This document shows, piece after piece, positions 56,900 through 64,000 of a DNA stretch of 64,000 nucleotides (positions are counted from its first letter, which is position 1; the number at the start of each line of letters is the position of its first letter). Both the position numbers and the translations under genes were made by a program. This DNA comes from Podarcis melisellensis (lineage: Eukaryota). Under the pieces are notes generated by a model. That model made no database searches, was not told the origin of the DNA, and saw only the letters and a program-made list of their open reading frames with translations. The stretch lies in the NCBI GenBank assembly GCA_964234715.1, contig OZ174275.1. One strand, given 5' to 3'.

Positions 56900-57700
56900 C
56901 GAATCCCTTTTGCTATACTGTATAAAGTCCTCACCCGGCCACGGCGTCTTGAGGAGCCTCCTAAGGCGACGATCCTACGCCCACTTACTTAGGAGTAAGC
57001 TCCGCAAAAGTGAAATGGGGCAGAGAAATGCACACAAGGTCGGGCTGTGCGCTGCAGCCCGACACCGGCTCCTTCGCCTCAGCCTCCTCCTTCCAGGTCA
57101 ATCCAGAGGAAGGACAGAAGCACCCACGTCCCACCCGCCCCGTCTGACAAAGCCTTTGCAGCGCTGAGCCCCGGCGGGGGCCGTTGGAACCCGGCGGCTC
57201 GAGAGTAGGGCGGGGCGGGGCGGACGGAGGCTGGTTATCAGCGCAGGCCCCGCGCAACGGCGTCTCCCGGCTGTTGCCTAGCAACCCCCTGCGCCGGAAG
57301 AGAACCCGGCAAGCATTCCAAAGCGGTTGAGTTTCCGGGCCTGTCAAGATGGCGGCGACCGGCGACAGCGAGGAGCAGGAGGAGTTGGCTGCGGATTGGT
57401 AAGGGAGCAGTTCGGCCTTGTGTGTCCTCCTTTCTCTCTCAGCGGAAGGCAGATGAGCAAATGCCTAGGGAAACCTCCCCCCTTTCCATCTCTTCACGAA
57501 GGAATTTTTTTGTTTCTTCGTTCGTCTTGTTCTTATGTAATGTTCGACATGTACGATGTGGTTCGTCATCTTCCTGGGTCTCGTCACAACCCCCCGCTAT
57601 TTCTGAGGGTAGGGGGCTAAGAGAGAAAGGCAGCGCCCAGTAGCCGAACAAGCAGCGATATGAATCTTATCTCCAAGCCAAGTGCAAAATCCACTCCCTG
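56900..57700. promoter_or_regulatory. CpG island / STK36-RNF25 bidirectional promoter
   Basis: GC boxes gggcggggcggggcgg 57208-57223, RFX X-box GTTGCCTAGCAAC 57273-57285, ETS ccggaag 57294-57300 and ttccgg ~57333-57338, YY1 CAAGATGGCGGC 57345-57356 overlapping the RNF25 ATG. Confidence 0.85.
56989..57180 (-). other. STK36: Probable non-coding first exon of STK36
   Basis: Consensus donor gtaagt on the - strand starting at 56988 (alternative gtgagg at 56934) inside the CpG island; acceptor ahead of the ATG exon at 56196-56197. The 5' boundary (TSS) is a guess. Confidence 0.5.
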
Positions 57701-60700
57701 GGCCAATCCTGTTCCTCCTCGCCCTTTGGTCTTCTAGCAGGTTTTTTTTTTTACAAACTCCTTATGAAAAACTGTAGATAGAGAAATAAATGCCTTCTCT
57801 TTACCGCACAGTTACCTGGCTAGAAGCATATGCCAACTGAGATCTCTTCTCAGTCAGCTGCTGTTATGCCACTGGTTCCTTGTGGATATTATGAAAAAAT
57901 ACTCCATGCAACAATCTCACTCTCGGTTAGTATTACAGCTGTGTTTCTGCCCTTTGCAGTATGGAGCTGTGTCGTTTTTTCAGCCACAGAATCAAAACAG
58001 AAAGAAAGTGACAGCCTTTCTCACGCATGGTAAACTACCCACTGTTGTGGGAATTGTGTGTAAGGTAAAATTCTGAGAAGTAGCCAGAGAGAAATGTTTT
58101 TGTGGTTTTCATTATCACTGGCAGCAGCAAAGGTCTGCTAGTTTAGACTTTGTGCCCCTTCACAAGTGCCTGTCCTCTTAAGTGTTTTAGTGGCATTTTT
58201 AAAATTTTTAAAAGCTGAGCATCAGCTAATGCATAGGAGTTCAATCCTGATTTCTATCTGCCCCACACATAACATCATACATGATGGACTGGAGAAACTT
58301 GAGGAAATTAGCCTTATGTATCATATTAATATATTTTTTCCTTACTCAGGGCTCTGCCTTCAGAAGTGGAAGTCTTAGAGTCCATCTACTTGGATGAGCT
58401 ACATGTGTCTAAAGGAAATGGAAGGTAATTGCAACATTGTCAGATCCTTTGCTGGTTCTTTGTTTTATGGTATTGATCACTCCTGTGATCTTGCATATGT
58501 CATTGTGGAACCTGATTCCTGGTTTAGAAGACTGTACCCTGTTTTTGGATTAGACTACAGTGTCCTGCACAAACTCGGAATGAATTGCAACCCCTGATTC
58601 ATGTTTGTTAATTTCCCAAAATATTAGTCACTTCTTTATTCCCCTCCTTGTATTTGATACTACCATTCTGAAATAGTTATCTTTGTAAGAATATGGGGTG
58701 GGAAGAATGAAAGGTCTGCATTATGCCTGCTTCAATCTCCTTTCAGCCTGAGAAAGGAAGGAATAACAACCCACCTGCATTATCTCTCCTGTTCCATCTT
58801 CCTTTCATTTGACACCAGACTCTCACTTGAGCCTCTCTTCAACCCTAGGTCTGTGCCGTGGGAAATATCTATCACCCTTCATCCAGCAACTGCAGAGGAC
58901 CAGGAGTCTCAGTATGTCTGCTTAACCTTGGTGCTATCCGTGCCTCTTCAGGTAAAGCCTTGTATGTCCTGAGTGGCTATTTTGCTATGTAGCACTTTAG
59001 CATGGCTGTACTGCTCATTTTGACTTGGCTTTGTTTCTTATTAGTATCCAAATGAAGTGCCAAAGATAGCCATCCAGAATCCTCGAGGGCTGTCAGATGA
59101 GCAAATCCAAAAGTAAGTGTATTATGCAAACTCTTTCCAGTTCAGTGCAAGAAGTAAGGTTTTCTTTGTTTCAGTCTGTCACACTTTTAATGGAAAGTGT
59201 GGGGAGGTGGGAGCTTCTTTATATTGTGTTCCAGCTGCCCAATGATCTTATGTGGAATATATATTATGCAGCTGTTCTCTTAATTTAGAGCTGTGCTATG
59301 AAGGCTGTTGCTATGTTACTAACATTGGGAGCATGGGGAATGAGGTTACAAACAAGACTGGAAGTTCTAATCATGTAATCAACATGTTTGGGTACATATA
59401 AATTAATTATGGTGTTTGTGTGTAAAATTGGCATTGGGGGAATACATGTTAAAGGAGATCTTTCCCTTAAATGTTATTGATAGGTGAACAAAATTAAGAG
59501 ATGAGAGTCAATGCATCTTGGTACATTACTGTATCAGAAAGGCAGCATCTTCATCCAAAACAAAGTCCCAGCTTCTGTGGCTCTTTACACGTGGCTTACT
59601 AGAACCTGCTTTCCCTCCCCTGCTTTCCCTTCCCCTAGAAGGGCTTCAAGCTGCTTTTTCAATTTTAGTCTGGTACCACTTCCTTCTAATTTGTACTGAA
59701 GTACCTACTGTGTCAGATGAGATACTGGGTGAGAGGCTGGAGCCCATCCTGTGTTGGTGTTGAGATTGCTATTGCAAGTGGCTGATTTAGCCACTCCAGT
59801 TCTTGTCATCTTATTTCCCTGGACATCTATTCTAGTCTTTCTCCTTACCCTGCCCCCCTTTTTGCCTCCATTTTAGGATTTCCCAGACACTACAATTTAC
59901 TGCTGAGGCCCAGCTGGGTACAGCTATGTTATATGAGCTAATAGAGGTAAGAGAACAGAAAGGGCTGTTGGACCTGTGGCTTGGGCTGTTGCGCCTTTAT
60001 TGTGTGAAATGACAAATTGACCCTCTCTGTCTTCACAGAAGGGAAAGGAAATCCTTACAGACAACAACATCCCTCATGGGCAGTGTGTGATTTGCCTGTA
60101 TGGCTTCCAGGTACGGGCATGCTGGATTGGCATCTTGTTTTCATTTGTGGGGAGCCATAGGAAATAAAAGCACTAATATAAGGAGGTAGATGAATGAGGT
60201 GAAGCTGGGGCTCACTCAAAAAGGAAGGAAGAGGGAATGGGAACTTGTTGGGATGTCTCTAGATCCCTTCCTTAGTGCTGTGTTGCATTCAGTTCTGCAA
60301 AAGTGTGTGCATGTGTCCCCATAGTGGGAAGGGGAGTAACAGTGGGAATGGGGTGCAAAAAGGCCCTGTTAATGTGATTGTTTGAATCTGAGCCAGCAGC
60401 CACATATATTACCGTATTTTTCGCTCTATAAGACGCACTAGACCACAAGACGCACCTAGTTTTTGGAGGAGGGAAACAAGAAAAAAAAAATCTGAATCTC
60501 AGAAGCCAGAACAGCAAGAGGGATTGCTGCACAGTGAAAGCAGCAATCCCCCTTGCTGTTCTGGCTTCTGGAATAGCTGTGCAGCCTGCATTCGCTCCAT
60601 AAGACGCACACACATTTCCCCTTACTTTTTAGGAGGGAAAAAGTAAGTCTTATAGAGCAAAAAATTCAGTACATATGAATTGAATTGAAATTGCATTGAA

Positions 60701-63700
60701 TGGGAATTATTATTTCAATGTATGCTGAAAACGCACAGTGTAGCTGATTTGTATTAATAGGAATCTGTTCCTTCCCCTGTGCAGGAAAACGAAGCTTTCA
60801 CTAAGACACAATGCTACCACTACTTTCACTCACGTTGCCTTGCTAGTTATACAGAGCATATGGAGGAAGAGATCCGTGCAGAGAGGAAAGAAAGAGTACA
60901 GCCTTTGGCACCTCTGCCCAAAGAGGTAATAGCTCCTTGCATGCACCCCACAGCTGCTTCTAGAACTTCACCAACTTTTTCCTCCAGGAATGGCTTCTGA
61001 ATCTGGATCAGCATTTCTAGTTCATTTTGGTTATTAGTTATTGTGTTGAGAGCTGTGGACAAGATTTTCCCAGATAAATGTTGAAATGGTTTTCCATGGT
61101 TCAGTGTTGTGCATACTTTTGCATTTGCAAGTTATTTTTTCTACAGAGAACAAAATGTTAAGTGATGTGTAAAGTCTGGGAATCTAGTTAAAGACTAGAG
61201 GAGATGGTCAACATATCTTCCTTTGCTTCAAATACTAAAGAACTGGAGTTCTGTAGATAAAGGCAATCTTCACAGCTGCAATACAAGTGACCAAAAAGAA
61301 TACTCACAGTATATCTCCTTGAACACCTGTGTTGCTGTGTTTCCTGGTGGAAAAGATTGTGATTGGACTTCAACATACACAAAAAAGCTTTGCCAAGAAA
61401 CAAAAGTTATCTTCCTCCACTCCCAAACAATAGAACAGTTCTGAGGGCAGGGTTGCTAGTGGTGAATCTTCACTCTGAGATAATTTTTGCACTAGCTTTG
61501 ATGCAAGTTGTGATTGCGTTAGGAAGGCCCAGTAGCATCTTATAAAAGAGAACGCTTTACTGATGGATGTTTATAGAATGAAATTAACTATGTTCCCAGG
61601 AGGCTTGGATGATGAGCTCAGAATCCAGGCTGCCCCATGACCCTTGTAGTCAAACTGCCCAGCACTCTTCTGCCGATAACACTGTTGTTCAGTGCTAGAG
61701 CTCCCCAGGACGAGTAGCAGTTTATCAGGAAAATACTACTCTCTTAAGACACACTGGCGGAGTATGAGAACAGTAGCTGTATATCCCATGACTAGGTCTA
61801 ACCAAGGCTGAATTTTGTTGTTATTACCTTGTGTACAGGAATTTGAAGTGCAGTGCCCTGTGTGCAGGGAGCCTCTGGTTTATGATCTTGCAACATTGCA
61901 AGCGGCACCACCTCCACAGCAGCCAATGGTAAGGAAACTTTCAAAACAGACCTTTCACATGGACTTGCTGCTCTTTAAAAGATGCACCAGGCAGGCACCC
62001 TCTTACTTCACTAATCTCTCTCACTTATTGGACCTGTTGGGCAACCGCATTTCTCCAAATGAGCTCTGTTAAGTGTTATTTCCAAACAGTCATATACCTG
62101 GTGCTCTGTACTCTTGCAGGTGGCTAACATTCTTGTCAATTTTTACTTCTACACCAGGGAGAGGAAATTATTTTCAGCCAGGGAGCTGTCTTCCTTTCTA
62201 TTCAACCTTCCAGGGGCCACATAGGAATTTTATTGTTTGTATAGCAGGCTAGTTTCACACCCTTCTTCATTTAGGCAAAAAGTATTAACAGAGTGAAACA
62301 ACAGATATATTCAACCCGTGTCTTTGCTTCCCCGTTACACAATAGGTAGTACATTTAGTTGTGTTTAGAAATACCAGCTTAGGTTCTAACTAAGAATCCT
62401 CTGGGAGGAGCATGCTGTGAGTGGAATTTTACTAATGAGATGTTCTTGCCTGTGTAAGGAGGTGGGAGGCTGCATTTTTTTCCCAGTCTTTGTCTCTGCC
62501 TGCCCCCCGGCAGCCCCTTTGCCCATCAGATCTGGAGGGTTGAGAGACCCAGAAGGCTCTGCTTGGGTCAACCATTTAATTACATGCCTCTCTTTCCTCA
62601 GGAGGTGTACCAACCTGACACACAGACACTGCAGCACAGAGAACAACTGCGCCTGATCTATCAGAAGCAGCAGGAGAAAGGAGGCATCATTGACCCTGAA
62701 GCAGAAAGAAATCGCTACTTCATCAGCCTACAAAAGGTTAGTGCAGGGAGCAGGAGTACAAAGAGGATAACTGTCATAGGGAAAGAATGAAACAATGGAG
62801 GTAGCAAACTTTACTTGCTGAGACATCCTGTCTTGTAGCAAAAGAGAGAGCTTTAATATTTGCATCCTAGGCAATTCTTTTAAAGTGCTGATGACACTTG
62901 TTGCTGGCAAGTTTGCAAGTTACTATAGGGAAAGATTTAAGCAGCAAAGGCTGGGGAAGACAGATGGGGTGACATCAATATATTAATTCCTGTGGGATCT
63001 TTGCCACTCAGACTGAGAATCAAGCCTGCTGGGTTTATGCATTTTCTGCCCTTCATTTTGGTTTCTATCATTTTTAGCCCCCAGATACCACTGAACATGA
63101 ACAAGTAGCCATCTCAGAAAATGTTCTGGATACTGACAAGGAACTGAGGCCATCCGTAGGCTCAGAACATACCCAAGGAACTGCAGAGGCTGCTGTTCCA
63201 GTGAGGAATGAACCTGAAAAACCAGAGAGACCGCCTGTCCCTTTGCATTTCCATAGCAAGAGAGAGAGGACTCGAGAGGAGAAACCATCTATACAAGGCC
63301 CTGGCTGGCAGCTGCGCTACAAGTCACTGGAGACACCAGCAGAAACTCATTGTCTTCTCACTGTTGAGGGGAAATCCAGAACCTTCAGTAGAAGACCCAA
63401 CTGGAGAAAGGAGAGGGGACAGCGAAGCTGTGGGAGGTACAATCAAGACTTCTCAAAATCTTGCAGCAGAGACCAAGTGTCTTCACTGGTGGAGAAAAAA
63501 GAGCTGTGCACCAGAGGAATCTCACCAACCAAAGAGGGAATGTATTTGAGAGAGGAGAAAAATGTTGTGGGGAAATGGACGCAGGAGCAGAAAAGTCAAG
63601 CCCATGACAGTGAGGAAGTAAACTTGGAGGTTAGCCATAATGAGCTCAGGGGGTCGGCCAAGTGGCAGGGTCGCCGTGGGATGCAGGATTGTAGGCAGTG

Positions 63701-63818
63701 GGAAAAGACCAAGGGCAGAGAACATGGATCTTATATTAAAGTGCCAAGAGGCCGAGGACGCACCACATTGAACTCAAGGAGAGAGCTGCAGAGCCAAGAG
63801 ACTGAGGATGGCTCCTAG
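57349..63818 (+). CDS. RNF25: E3 ubiquitin ligase RNF25 (AO7): RWD domain plus RING-H2, 514 aa, 10 exons
   Basis: Exons: 57349-57398 (MAATGDSEEQEELAADW), 58350-58424 (ALPSEVEVLESIYLDEL..), 58849-58951 (PWEISITLHPATAEDQESQYVC..), 59045-59112 (YPNEVPKIAIQNPRGLSDEQI), 59877-59946 (..LGTAMLYELIE), 60039-60110 (KGKEILTDNNIPHGQCVICLYGFQ), 60785-60925 (..CYHYFHSRC..), 61839-61928 (..CPVCREPL..), 62602-62736 (..QQEKGGIIDPEAERNRYFISL), 63078-63818 (..QETEDGS*). GT-AG, in phase, 1545 nt. Confidence 0.95.
60412..60669. mobile_element. Tc1/mariner-superfamily MITE, third family
   Basis: TA-CCGTATTTTTCGCTCTATAAGAC..GTCTTATAGAGCAAAAAATTCAG-TA; internal hairpin agaagccagaacagcaag / cttgctgttctggcttct. Confidence 0.8.
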
Positions 63819-64000
63819 CAGGCAGGAGTTGAGGCTTGAGGGGCTTTTTCTAGGGGTGAACACTGGTGATTTTGTTGTGCTGTCAACCATTGGCCTGGAT
63901 TGTAAGGAAAAGCAGATCTGTCTTGAAATTCTCCTCTCAGCCATGGGCAGTTTATGTCTTGCAGAGTAGGGGTATATTGTCCTCAGAGATCAGAATTACT

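Overview
This is eukaryotic genomic DNA from a squamate reptile, most likely a lacertid lizard, judged from the Sauria SINE and CORE-SINE content. It holds four complete, intact, spliced protein-coding genes in two head-to-head pairs: CNPPD1 (-, 8 coding exons, 429 aa) with RETREG2/FAM134A (+, 9 exons, 552 aa), and STK36/Fused (-, 26 coding exons, 1324 aa) with RNF25 (+, 10 exons, 514 aa). RETREG2 and STK36 converge tail-to-tail. All exons were located by hand with GT-AG sites and consistent phases. The introns carry typical squamate repeats: Sauria SINEs, a tRNA/CORE SINE, a young 5'-truncated L2 LINE with an open RT frame, CR1 remnants, and Tc1/mariner, hAT and Harbinger-like MITEs. The most notable observations are these. 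(1) A tailless 5S rRNA retrocopy with a perfect 17-18 bp TSD whose target site matches 5S nt 96-104. (2) A candidate internal first exon that would give a FAM134B-2-like N-truncated RETREG2. (3) A candidate 19-nt poison or mutually exclusive micro-exon and an in-frame retainable intron in STK36. (4) A palindromic RFX X-box in the STK36/RNF25 bidirectional promoter. (5) A RETREG2-STK36 adjacency that differs from human gene order. No prokaryotic-type system (CRISPR etc.) is present. Gene and repeat identities rest on recalled sequences, not database searches.
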